Source: Thermoleophilaceae bacterium
GTDB lineage: Bacteria > Actinomycetota > Thermoleophilia > Solirubrobacterales > Thermoleophilaceae
Length of the DNA: 56,148 nucleotides
NCBI GenBank assembly: GCA_034663685.1
Contig: JAXDJC010000219.1
Coordinates: 1 to 56,148 of the forward strand
Reading direction: 5' to 3'
The stretch's first letter is position 1. Every line of letters begins with the position of its first letter. Below are positions 1 to 8,059 of the stretch, piece after piece. Under the pieces are notes generated by a model that did not search any database, was not told the DNA's origin, and worked only from the letters and a program-made list of their open reading frames with translations. Position numbers and translations under genes: made by a program.

Positions 1-2
1 TC

Positions 3-1307
3 AGCAGCAAGGGCTACCTCCCGGGCAACGCCGGAACCACGCTCGAATTCGGCGTGGCGGACTTCGCGCTCGCCGTCATGGCGGATGGGCTCGGGCGCAA
101 GGCCGACGCCGCCGGGGTCGTGGCCGACTCGCTCCGCTACCGCAACCTGCTCGACCCGGAGACCCGCTGGATCCGCCCGCGCGACGCCGGCGGGGCGTGG
201 CGCACGCCGTTCTCACCGACCGACGAGGAGGGCTTCCAGGAGGGCAACTCCTGGCAGTACTCGTGGCTCGCGCCGCACGACGCGCGCGGGCTCTATGACC
301 GGATGGGCGGCGACGCGGCGGTGATCTCGCGGCTCGACCAGTTCTTCGCCGCGCCGCCCGAGGCCCAGAACCAGGCGACCGGGTTCGGCACCGTCTACCG
401 GCTTCCCCAGCACGCGCCCGGCAACGAGCACGATCTCCAGGTCCCGTGGATGTACCCGTTCGCGGGCCAGCCGTGGAAGACGATGTCCGAGCAGCGCGAC
501 ATCCAGCGGCTCTTCCGCCCGGAGCCGAACGGCATGCCGGGCAACGACGACCTCGGCGGCCTCAGCGGCTGGCTCGCGTGGTCGATGCTCGGGCTCGGCC
601 CGGTCACGCCGGGTGCGCCGTTCCTCGTGCTGGGCAGCCCGGTCTTCGAGAAGGCCGAGATCCGGCCGGACGGCGGCACGCCGTTCACCATCGAAGCGCC
701 GGGCACCTCGCCCGCGCAGCCGTACGTGACGGCCGCGTCGCTCGGCGGGCGCAAGCTCGGCGGCACATGGCTCTACGACGCGTCGCTGCGGCGCGGGGAG
801 ACGCTCAGGCTCACGATGGCCGCGCAGCCCGACACGAGCTTCGGCGCCGCGCCGGCGGTGCGGCCGCCGTCGGTCAGCGACTCCGGGCTCGAGCGGTTCG
901 GGTGCCTTCCGGTCACGGCGGCCTCAGTGGGCACCGGCACGGGCAGCGCCAGCGGCGGAGGGGGAGCCAACTCCCCGGATGTCCCTGTCGAGCCGGGCCC
1001 CGCGGGACGCGATGGCAAGGCGTCGCCGGCACTGGTACCGCTCCGGCTTCGCGTGTCACCGCGCCTCTCGCGCGCCGGGGTGCGAACCACCTACCGGCTG
1101 ACCGTTCACGCGAAGCGGGACGGCCGCTGGGTGCCGGTGCGCGGGGCGCGGGTGCGGCTCGCCGGGATCAGGGCGGTGACCGCGGCGAACGGCGTGGCCA
1201 CGATCCGCGCCCGCATCCGCCGCGCGGGCCCGCTGCGGGCCAACGCCACCGCTGCCGCCGCGAGGCCGGCACTCAGCACGGTCCGCGTGATGGCCGCGCG
1301 CCGCTAG
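3..1307 (+). CDS. Glycoside hydrolase family 92 (alpha-mannosidase-like), C-terminal part; 5' end lies outside the window
   Basis: The frame is open to the window start. Motifs GNEHDLQVPWMYPF and PGNDDLGGLSGWLAW are typical of GH92. A Gly/Ser linker and a beta-sandwich-like tail follow. TAG stop at 1305-1307. Confidence 0.8.
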   Translation, partial: SSKGYLPGNAGTTLEFGVADFALAVMADGLGRKADAAGVVADSLRYRNLLDPETRWIRPRDAGGAWRTPFSPTDEEGFQEGNSWQYSWLAPHDARGLYDRMGGDAAVISRLDQFFAAPPEAQNQATGFGTVYRLPQHAPGNEHDLQVPWMYPFAGQPWKTMSEQRDIQRLFRPEPNGMPGNDDLGGLSGWLAWSMLGLGPVTPGAPFLVLGSPVFEKAEIRPDGGTPFTIEAPGTSPAQPYVTAASLGGRKLGGTWLYDASLRRGETLRLTMAAQPDTSFGAAPAVRPPSVSDSGLERFGCLPVTAASVGTGTGSASGGGGANSPDVPVEPGPAGRDGKASPALVPLRLRVSPRLSRAGVRTTYRLTVHAKRDGRWVPVRGARVRLAGIRAVTAANGVATIRARIRRAGPLRANATAAAARPALSTVRVMAARR

Positions 1308-1316
1308 GGCCGCTTC

Positions 1317-1931
1317 CTAACTGCTGCCTTTGGCGCCCTTCCTGCGTGCCGCCCGGCGGGCGCCGCGGCCCACGGCGGAGGTGTCGACCCACTCGCCGAC
1401 CGTCCCGATCGCGTAGGCCAGCCCGTGCGCGGCGCGTCCCGCGGGCGAGTCGATCAGCGGCTCCACCGCCGCCTCGGGGTCCCGCCCCGCCGCCACCGCC
1501 ATCTCCTTGGCCTGCTTCTCCACCACGGCCAGCCGCCGCTTCCAGCCGCCGTACCAGCGCGCCAGCCGCTCGTCGCCGCGCCCGCGGGCCAGCTCGGCGA
1601 GGTAGGGCAGCAGCGTGCCCAGGTGCTGCACGTCGAGCACCGCGAGGCGCAGGGCCTGGTTGCGCTCGAGCGCGGCGTCGGCGAGCCGGTTGCGCAGCGA
1701 GGAGAGCGATCCTCCGGCGCTCTGCGCGGCGGGGAAGCCGGCGAGGTCGTGCTCGGCCATTCGCACCGCCAGCTCCTCGAGGAGCCGTTCCGCCCGCGCC
1801 GCACCCTCGTGCAGCGTGGCGCCCTGCTTGCCCCCGAGGCGCTCGGCCAGCACATCCCAGTGGCCGGCCAGTTGGCGCGTGGACGCATACAGCTCGCGCA
1901 GCCCGCGGTGCTCGGCGGAGGTGAGGCTCAT
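1317..1931 (-). CDS. Hypothetical protein (helical, no recognised domain)
   Basis: 204-aa ORF with normal amino-acid composition. The overlapping plus-strand ORFs are Arg/Pro-rich shadow frames. Confidence 0.5.
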   Translation of the reverse strand: MSLTSAEHRGLRELYASTRQLAGHWDVLAERLGGKQGATLHEGAARAERLLEELAVRMAEHDLAGFPAAQSAGGSLSSLRNRLADAALERNQALRLAVLDVQHLGTLLPYLAELARGRGDERLARWYGGWKRRLAVVEKQAKEMAVAAGRDPEAAVEPLIDSPAGRAAHGLAYAIGTVGEWVDTSAVGRGARRAARRKGAKGSS

Positions 1932-1979
1932 CGCGGGGAACGCTATACCGGCGCGCCCATTCGATAGCTTCCCGCCCCC

Positions 1980-2639
1980 ATGGAGCCTGCGCCGAGCGCC
2001 CTCGACGAGCTGACCGCGGACGCGTCCTCACGCAAGCGCTTCCTGCGCATGGCGGGGGGCGGGGCGGTGGCCGCCGGGCTGGCGGCGGCGGTGGCCGCCT
2101 GCGGCACTCAGAAGAAGACCGGCAACCAGTTCGGCGGCGCCGGGGTGGGCACCCAGCAGTACGGCCAGGGCGACGCCGGGATCGTGGGCTACGCCCTGTT
2201 CCTCGAGCGGCTCGAGGTGGCCTTCTACGAGCGCGCCGCCGCGAGCGGCAAGCTCACCGGCCGCCCGCTCGAGCTGGCCAAGCGCTTCGCCTCCGACGAG
2301 AACGCCCACGCCACCACGCTCGCCGGGGCCCTCAAGAGCCTGGGCGGCAGGGAGGCCCCGGTGCCGCCCTTCCAGTTCGTGCTCGAGAACCAGGCCGACA
2401 TCCTCGTGACCGCCGCGCAGGTGGAGGCCGTGGGCGCCGGTGCCTACCTCGGCCAGGTCCGCCGCATCCAGAGCAAGCAGATCCTCGCGGCGGCGCTGTC
2501 GATCCACACGGTCGAGGCTCGCCACGCGGCCTCGCTCGCCCAGCTCCTCGGCCGGCCGATCGCCCCCGACGGCGCGTTCGCCAACCCGTCTCCCAGCTCC
2601 GACGTCCTGCGCCAGATCCAACCCTTCCTCAGCGGATGA
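1980..2639 (+). CDS. Ferritin-like domain protein with Tat-like signal and lipobox
   Basis: SRKRFLRMAGGG...AAAVAACG looks like a Tat-type signal plus lipobox Cys. Four-helix-bundle-like repeats carry E..FY and EARHA motifs. Confidence 0.75.
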   Translation: MEPAPSALDELTADASSRKRFLRMAGGGAVAAGLAAAVAACGTQKKTGNQFGGAGVGTQQYGQGDAGIVGYALFLERLEVAFYERAAASGKLTGRPLELAKRFASDENAHATTLAGALKSLGGREAPVPPFQFVLENQADILVTAAQVEAVGAGAYLGQVRRIQSKQILAAALSIHTVEARHAASLAQLLGRPIAPDGAFANPSPSSDVLRQIQPFLSG

Positions 2640-3268
2640 CCAACCCGGCGAGCATCGGCCACATCGAGGTGGGCGGCATCACCCGCGGCGCCTTCCTCGT
2701 GCGCACGGCGCTCACCGCCGGCGCGCTGTACGGCGCCGGGGCGGCAGGGCCGGCGCTCACCCGCGCGCTCGGGCACGGCGCGAACGGCGCCTTCAGCGGC
2801 GGCGACGTGGGGATCGTCAACTTCGCGCTGACCCTCGAGAAGATCGAGGCGGACTTCTACAAGCGCGCGCTGGCGGTCAAGGGCCTGAAGCCGGGGCTGA
2901 CCAAGCTGCTCCAGTCGATCGCCCTGAACGAGACCGAGCACGTGAACGCGCTCACCCAGTCGCTTCAGCTGCTCGGCGCCAAGCCGGGCCCGCCGCCCAA
3001 GACCAAGCTCCCGGCGCTGAAGACCCAGGCAGACGTGCTGCGCGTGGCCATCCAGCTCGAGGACACGGGCGTGAGCGCCTACAACGGGGCGGCCACGCAG
3101 ATCCAGTCGGCGGACCTGCTCCAGGTGGCGGCGTCGATCGCCCAGGTCGAGGGCCGCCACGCGGGCGCGCTGCGCGAGTTCGCGGGCCAGTTCCCCAGCG
3201 CGGGCCCGTTCGACAAGGTGCTGAGCGGCGCGCAGGCCGACGCGGCCGCGCACCGCCTCGGGGCCTGA
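2636..3268 (+). CDS. Ferritin-like domain protein (paralog of the upstream gene)
   Basis: ATGA-type 4-nt overlap with the upstream gene. Same LTLEKIEADFYKRA and VEGRHAG motif pattern. Confidence 0.75.
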   Translation: MTNPASIGHIEVGGITRGAFLVRTALTAGALYGAGAAGPALTRALGHGANGAFSGGDVGIVNFALTLEKIEADFYKRALAVKGLKPGLTKLLQSIALNETEHVNALTQSLQLLGAKPGPPPKTKLPALKTQADVLRVAIQLEDTGVSAYNGAATQIQSADLLQVAASIAQVEGRHAGALREFAGQFPSAGPFDKVLSGAQADAAAHRLGA

Positions 3269-3702
3269 TGGACACGAGCAAGGTCGGCAAGGAGTACCCG
3301 GCGTTCGAGTACGAGGTGGGCCGGGAGAAGATCCGCGAATACGCGAACGCGGTGGGCGAGTCGAGCCCGGTGCACCAGGACCGCGACGCCGCGAAGGCCG
3401 CCGGCTTCCGCGACGTGGTGGCTCCGCCGATGTTCGTGGTCGTCTACTCCGCCGGCGCGATGGGGCCCGCGATCCTCGACCCGGAGCTGGGCATCAACCT
3501 GATGCTGATGGTCCACGGAGGCCAGGAGTTCGTGTGGGGCGAGCCGGTCTGCGCCGGCGACACCGTCACCACGAAGGCGACCCTCGAGGACATGTACGAG
3601 AAGGACGGCCGGAAGTTCTACGTGTTCGGGTCGGTCTCCACGAACCAGGACGGCCAGGAGACCGCGCGGGCCACGTGGACCAACATCGTGCGAGGAGGCT
3701 GA
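3268..3702 (+). CDS. MaoC-like (R)-specific hydratase/dehydratase subunit, HadA-like, non-catalytic half
   Basis: Its ATG overlaps the upstream TGA (ATGA). N-terminal hot-dog fold pattern YPAFEYEVGREKIREYANAVGE, without the hydratase motif. Confidence 0.8.
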   Translation: MDTSKVGKEYPAFEYEVGREKIREYANAVGESSPVHQDRDAAKAAGFRDVVAPPMFVVVYSAGAMGPAILDPELGINLMLMVHGGQEFVWGEPVCAGDTVTTKATLEDMYEKDGRKFYVFGSVSTNQDGQETARATWTNIVRGG

Positions 3703-3704
3703 GG

Positions 3705-4094
3705 GTGAACGAGGGCGACGCGATTCCGGAGCTGCGAGTCACGCCGGACAGGTACCTGCCGCACCGCTACGCGGGCGCGTCGGGCGACTTCAACCCGATC
3801 CACATCGACCCGGAGTTCGCCAAGAACGTGGGGCTGCCGGGGTCGATCCTGCACGGGCTCTACTCGATGGCCCAGGTCGCGCGGGCGCAGACCGAGGCCG
3901 CCGGCGGGGACCCCGGCGCCCTCCGGCGCCTGTCGGTCCAGTTCCGTGGGATGGGCTTCCCGGAGCAGGAGATCGTGGTGACCGGCACGGTCCGGGAGGT
4001 CCGGGACGGGGTCGCGGTCGTGGAGACCGAGGCCGCCCAGGGTGAGAACCGGATCATCCGCAATGCCGAGGCTGAGATTAAGCTCGGCGGGTGA
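3705..4094 (+). CDS. MaoC-like dehydratase subunit, HadB-like, catalytic half
   Basis: GTG start 3 nt after the upstream stop, preceded by GAGGAGG. Hydratase-2 motif SGDFNPIHID. Confidence 0.85.
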   Translation: MNEGDAIPELRVTPDRYLPHRYAGASGDFNPIHIDPEFAKNVGLPGSILHGLYSMAQVARAQTEAAGGDPGALRRLSVQFRGMGFPEQEIVVTGTVREVRDGVAVVETEAAQGENRIIRNAEAEIKLGG

Positions 4095-5125
4095 AGCTGG
4101 AGCTGAGTGCCCGACAATCCGTAGTCCTTCGCGCCCTCGTGGACGCGCACGTGGCGCTGGGACAGCCGGTGGGGTCGAAGTGGCTCACCGAGAACTACGA
4201 GATGCCCTGGCGGCCCTCCACCGTCCGCGCCGAGCTGGCGCGGCTCGAGGAGCTGGGCCTGCTCCAGCATCCGCACACCTCGGCCGGCCGCGTGCCCACC
4301 GACGTGGGCTACCGGCTCTACGTGGACGCGCTGCTCGAGGAGGGCGGCGGCGAGGAGCTGGAGAAGCCGGTCGTGCAGCTGCCCCAGGTGCGGGCCGAGT
4401 TGGACGAGGCCATGCGCGCCACCACCGAGCAGCTCTCCCAGGTGACGAACCTGCTGGCGATCGTCTCGGCCCCGCCGCTCGGCACCACCACGATCAAGCA
4501 CGTGGAGGTGCTGCTGCTCCAGCCGCAGGTCGCGATGGTGCTCGTGATCACCTCCACCGGAGGCGTGACCAAGCGCGTGATCAGCTACAAGCAGCCGGTC
4601 GACCCCGGCCTCGTGAGCTGGGCCCACAGCTACCTGAACGAGGTGCTCGGCGGGATGGCGGTGGGCGCGCGGATGCTGCACTCCAAGCTGCGGGCGCCGG
4701 AGCTGGCCCCCGCCGAACGCGAGTTCCTCGTCACGCTCGAGCCGGGCTTCGTGGATCTCGACGAGACCGCCGAGGACAACCTCTACGTGGGCGGCGCCGC
4801 CCGGCTGATGTCCGAGGACCGGCTCCAGGAGCTCTCCCAGATCAACGACCTGATGAAGGTGCTCGAGCGCCGCGTGGTGCTGCTCTCGATGCTGCGCGGC
4901 GCGCTCGAGGAGCCGCGGGTGTACCTGCGGATCGGCACCGAGAACGAGGCGCCCGAGCTGCGCTCGTGGAGCGTGGTGGCGGCCAACTACGGGATCGCGC
5001 GGCGCAACCTCGGAACCGTCAGCGTGGTGGGCCCCACCCGGATGGACTACCCCACGGCCATCGCCTCGGTGCGCCAGGCGGCGGCTGAGCTGTCGCGCTT
5101 CGTCGGCGACGTGTACGACGAATGA
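4091..5125 (+). CDS. hrcA: Heat-inducible transcription repressor HrcA
   Basis: PVGSKWL...STVRAELARLEELGLLQHPHTSAGRVPTDVGYRLYVD signature. GTGA overlap with the upstream gene. Confidence 0.95.
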   Translation: MKLELSARQSVVLRALVDAHVALGQPVGSKWLTENYEMPWRPSTVRAELARLEELGLLQHPHTSAGRVPTDVGYRLYVDALLEEGGGEELEKPVVQLPQVRAELDEAMRATTEQLSQVTNLLAIVSAPPLGTTTIKHVEVLLLQPQVAMVLVITSTGGVTKRVISYKQPVDPGLVSWAHSYLNEVLGGMAVGARMLHSKLRAPELAPAEREFLVTLEPGFVDLDETAEDNLYVGGAARLMSEDRLQELSQINDLMKVLERRVVLLSMLRGALEEPRVYLRIGTENEAPELRSWSVVAANYGIARRNLGTVSVVGPTRMDYPTAIASVRQAAAELSRFVGDVYDE

Positions 5126-6246
5126 AGCGCGACTACTACGACGTGCTCGGCGTGCCGCGCGGCGCCGACGAGCGGGACATCAAGAAGTCCTTCCGCCGGC
5201 TCGCGCGCGAGCTGCACCCCGACGTGAACCAGCACGACCCCGAGGCCGAGGAGAAGTTCAAGGAGGCGGCCGAGGCCTACGAGGTGCTCACCGACTCCGA
5301 GCGGCGCTCGGTCTACGACCGCTACGGGCACGACGGGCTCCAGTCCAGCGGCTACTCGTCGAGCTTCTCCGGGTTCGGCTCGTTCGGAGACATCTTCGAC
5401 GCGTTCTTCGGCGGCGACTCGCCGTTCGGGGGCGGCATGCGCAGCTCGGCCGCCCAGGGCGGGGACGTGGCGGTGGCGATCGAGATCTCGCTGGAGGATG
5501 CCGCGCGCGGCCCGAGCGTGGACGTGGACTACGACGCGGTGGAGGTGTGCGAGCACTGCCGCGGCAACGGCGCCGAGCCCGGCACGCCGATCGAGACCTG
5601 CACCCGCTGCGAGGGGGCGGGCCAGCTGCGGGCGGTGCAGCGCACGGCGTTCGGCCAGCTCGTGCGGCAGGTGGTGTGCGACACGTGCGGCGGCGACGGC
5701 AAGATTCCCAAGCAGCCGTGCGCCGAGTGCCGCGGGCGCGGGCGCAGGGCGGCGCGCCGCAAGCTGAGCGTGGACGTGCCCGCGGGGATCGCCGACGAGC
5801 AGCGGATCCGGTTGACCGGCCGTGGCCACGCGGGCGAGCGCGGCGGCCCGGCCGGCGACCTGTACGTGCTCGTGCGCGTGGGCGAGGACGAGCGCTTCAT
5901 GCGCGACGGCAACGACCTGGTGAGCGTGGTGGACGTGCCCGCGCCGGCGGCGGCGCTCGGCACCCGCGTGACGGTGCCCACGCTCGACGGCGAGGAGGAG
6001 ATCGAGATCGAGCCGGGCACGCAGCCGGCCACGATCGTGACGTTGCGCGGGAAGGGGATGCCGTCGCTGCGGCGCGGCTCGCGCGGCGACCAGAAGGTGA
6101 TGGTGAACGTGGTGATCCCGCGCAACCTCTCGCGCGAGCAGCGCGACATGCTCGAGCGCTTCCAGGGGACCCTGTCGCCCGAGAACCTGCGCGACCCGGC
6201 CGAGGACGGGTCGATCTTCGCGCGCATGCGCCGCGCGTTCCGCTAG
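5122..6246 (+). CDS. dnaJ: Molecular chaperone DnaJ
   Basis: J domain (DYYDVLGV, HPD), G/F region, four CxxCxGxG zinc-finger repeats and the C-terminal domains. Confidence 0.97.
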   Translation: MKRDYYDVLGVPRGADERDIKKSFRRLARELHPDVNQHDPEAEEKFKEAAEAYEVLTDSERRSVYDRYGHDGLQSSGYSSSFSGFGSFGDIFDAFFGGDSPFGGGMRSSAAQGGDVAVAIEISLEDAARGPSVDVDYDAVEVCEHCRGNGAEPGTPIETCTRCEGAGQLRAVQRTAFGQLVRQVVCDTCGGDGKIPKQPCAECRGRGRRAARRKLSVDVPAGIADEQRIRLTGRGHAGERGGPAGDLYVLVRVGEDERFMRDGNDLVSVVDVPAPAAALGTRVTVPTLDGEEEIEIEPGTQPATIVTLRGKGMPSLRRGSRGDQKVMVNVVIPRNLSREQRDMLERFQGTLSPENLRDPAEDGSIFARMRRAFR

Positions 6247-6252
6247 GCCGCC

Positions 6253-7056
6253 TTGATCCGGCTCTCGATCCGCTCGCCCGCCGAGGCGGCCGAGCAGGTG
6301 CTCGCGGCGGTGATCGAACTGGCTCCCAGCGGGGTCGAGCAGGTCGACGGCGACGGCTGGGTCGAGTTCGCGCTCTACGGCGCGCCGGGCGAGCTGCCGT
6401 CGCTGCCGGAGGGCGAGGCCGACGTGGGCGGCGTGCGCGTGCTGGTGCGCGGCGAGCCGGTGCCCGACGACTGGGCCGAGCGCTGGAAGCGCTTCCACGT
6501 GCCGGTGCTGATCGGCGGGCGGCTGTGGGTGCGGCCGCCGTGGGAGCAGGAGGCGATGCGGCCGGGCGTGCACGAGATCGTGATCGACCCGGGGCAGGCG
6601 TTCGGCACCGGCACGCACCCGACCACGCGCCTCTGCCTGGAGCTGATGCTGGAGCTCGAGCCCTCGGGCTCGCTCGCGGACCTCGGCTGCGGGTCGGGGG
6701 TGCTGGCGATCGCGGCGGCCAAGCTCGGCTTTGCGCCGGTGCGGGCCTACGACAGCGACCGCGCCGCGGTGGCGGCCACGCTCGCCAACGCGCGCGACAA
6801 CGGGGTGGTGCTCGACGGCGTCGATCGCTTCGATCTGCGGCGCGGCGAGCCACCTCTGGCGGAGACCTTGTTGGCCAACCTCATGCGTCCCCTACTGCTC
6901 GCCTTGACGGCGGCAACGAGGGAGAGGCCCAAGGTGGCGATTCTCTCCGGGCTCCTGGAGCACGAGGCGGACGAGGTGGCCGCGGCGTTCGCCCCGATGC
7001 GCGAGGCACGCCGGCTGACCGACCGCGGCTGGAGCGCCCTTCTTCTGCGAGCCTGA
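6253..7056 (+). CDS. prmA: Ribosomal protein L11 methyltransferase
   Basis: IDPGQAFGTGTHPTTRLCLE and DLGCGSGVLAIAAAKLG motifs. TTG start. Standard position after dnaJ. Confidence 0.9.
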   Translation: MIRLSIRSPAEAAEQVLAAVIELAPSGVEQVDGDGWVEFALYGAPGELPSLPEGEADVGGVRVLVRGEPVPDDWAERWKRFHVPVLIGGRLWVRPPWEQEAMRPGVHEIVIDPGQAFGTGTHPTTRLCLELMLELEPSGSLADLGCGSGVLAIAAAKLGFAPVRAYDSDRAAVAATLANARDNGVVLDGVDRFDLRRGEPPLAETLLANLMRPLLLALTAATRERPKVAILSGLLEHEADEVAAAFAPMREARRLTDRGWSALLLRA

Positions 7057-7062
7057 TCCGTT
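7055..7062. repeat. Left copy of the 8-bp target-site duplication GATCCGTT
   Basis: An identical octamer occurs at 9844-9851. Each copy lies immediately outside a terminal inverted repeat. Confidence 0.85.
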
Positions 7063-7088
7063 GGTGATGTTGCCGCTGACAAACCCAC
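7063..7088. repeat. Left terminal inverted repeat GGTGATGTTGCCGCTGACAAACCCAC
   Basis: The reverse complement of 9818-9843 is GGTGATGTTGGACTTGACAAACCCAC. The four mismatches are all at positions 11-14. Confidence 0.85.
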
Positions 7089-7096
7089 GAGGGCGG

Positions 7097-7291
7097 TCAG
7101 AACAGACCGATGACTACCAGCACGGCGATTGCGAGCGGCGGCCCGCAGACCCACGCGGCCACCAGCCAGATGAACGGGGCGCGATCTCCTACCGGCCGGT
7201 CCTGCGGCTTCGAGGCGATGTAGGCCAGCGCCACTGTCCCGGCGATCCAGCCGACCAGCGCCAGCGGCCCGGTGGTGCCGTAGTCCGACAC
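7097..7291 (-). CDS. Small two-TM membrane protein (IS cargo)
   Basis: 64 aa with two hydrophobic helices (PLALVGWIAGTVALAYI and PPLAIAVLVVIGLF). It lies 4 nt downstream of the preceding minus-strand ORF. Confidence 0.45.
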   Translation of the reverse strand: MSDYGTTGPLALVGWIAGTVALAYIASKPQDRPVGDRAPFIWLVAAWVCGPPLAIAVLVVIGLF

Positions 7292-7295
7292 CGCC

Positions 7296-7514
7296 TCAGG
7301 ATTTCGCGGGCTTCCTCTTCCGCGCCTTCGCCTTCGTGCCGTTCGGCTTGCCGTTGACCTCGGCGGGGTCCACGGCCATGAGCGCCTTCAGCGCGGTCTT
7401 GGGGTCCAGCGGGATCGACACGCGCTCGTCCATTTTCCCGTTGCCCTCGGTGGGGCCTGGGTCGGCGTCAGCCATGCGATCAAGCGTAGCGCGGATTTGG
7501 GCAGAAACCGCCAA
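7296..7514 (-). CDS. Small protein with a Lys/Arg-rich C-terminal tail (IS cargo); the start may be the ATG at 7475
   Basis: 72-aa ORF ending KAKARKRKPAKS. The overlapping plus-strand ORFs look non-coding. Confidence 0.4.
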   Translation of the reverse strand: MAVSAQIRATLDRMADADPGPTEGNGKMDERVSIPLDPKTALKALMAVDPAEVNGKPNGTKAKARKRKPAKS

Positions 7515-7564
7515 ACTGTCTGGCGCATAGGAAACGGTCGGACCGTGCCGAAACGCCGCCCAAC

Positions 7565-8059
7565 GTGGACCTCAGCCAAGCGGAAGTCGATGAGTTCATC
7601 GCGGCCGAGAAGGTCGTTCCAGGCGGCGAGGGCGGGCCCGGGCCTCGCCGCATCGTGTGGGCCGAGATGAGCCCTAAGCGAATGCTCTGGCAGGCCCCCG
7701 TGTTCGTAGCTGGTGCGCGAGTCGCCACGCTCTACCTGATCGTCAATCCCAGGCACGCACGAGCCTGGGTCTGCAAGTTGTATTTCCGGAAGGCGGATGT
7801 CTTCGAATGGAACATCAAGCCGAAAGCGACGAAGCACCGGAATATGGGGTGCCCAGCCGATCGCGGCTTTGCTCCCAGCATCAAATGCGCCGAGCACGAG
7901 CACGTTTGGATCGAAGGTCATGGCCGCGACTGCGCCAAGGCGCTTGACGGGCTGGACGAAGCCAATCACCGTGACGTGTTCGAGCGGTTCTGTGAGGCCG
8001 CTCGAATCGACTTCCATCCGGACTACGAATCCCCGATGCCCCAGCTAGAGATCCAATGA
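7565..8059 (+). CDS. Hypothetical 164-aa protein (IS cargo), first gene of a coupled pair
   Basis: GTG start. ATGA overlap with the downstream gene. Cys/His-containing segment GCPADRG...KCAEHEHVWIEGHGRDC. No domain recognised. Confidence 0.6.
   Translation: MDLSQAEVDEFIAAEKVVPGGEGGPGPRRIVWAEMSPKRMLWQAPVFVAGARVATLYLIVNPRHARAWVCKLYFRKADVFEWNIKPKATKHRNMGCPADRGFAPSIKCAEHEHVWIEGHGRDCAKALDGLDEANHRDVFERFCEAARIDFHPDYESPMPQLEIQ

Noticed and set aside
4070-4112. Possible CIRCE operator near the hrcA start (TTAAGCTCG...GAGTGCC).
   Set aside because: The half-sites match TTAGCACTC/GAGTGCTAA poorly, the spacing is about 18 nt rather than 9, and the sequence lies inside coding DNA.
5047-6618. Very long ORFs with Arg/Pro/Ala/Gly-dominated translations. 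Examples: 446-1924(+), 5047-6618(-), 5547-7067(+), 10181-11854(-), 16046-17698(-), 17431-19371(+), 20117-21661(+), 27843-28877(-), 47764-49518(-), 54695-55999(-).
   Set aside because: They lie antisense to or out of frame with genes that have clear family motifs. Their composition is the usual shadow-frame signature of DNA above about 70% GC. They are not counted as genes.
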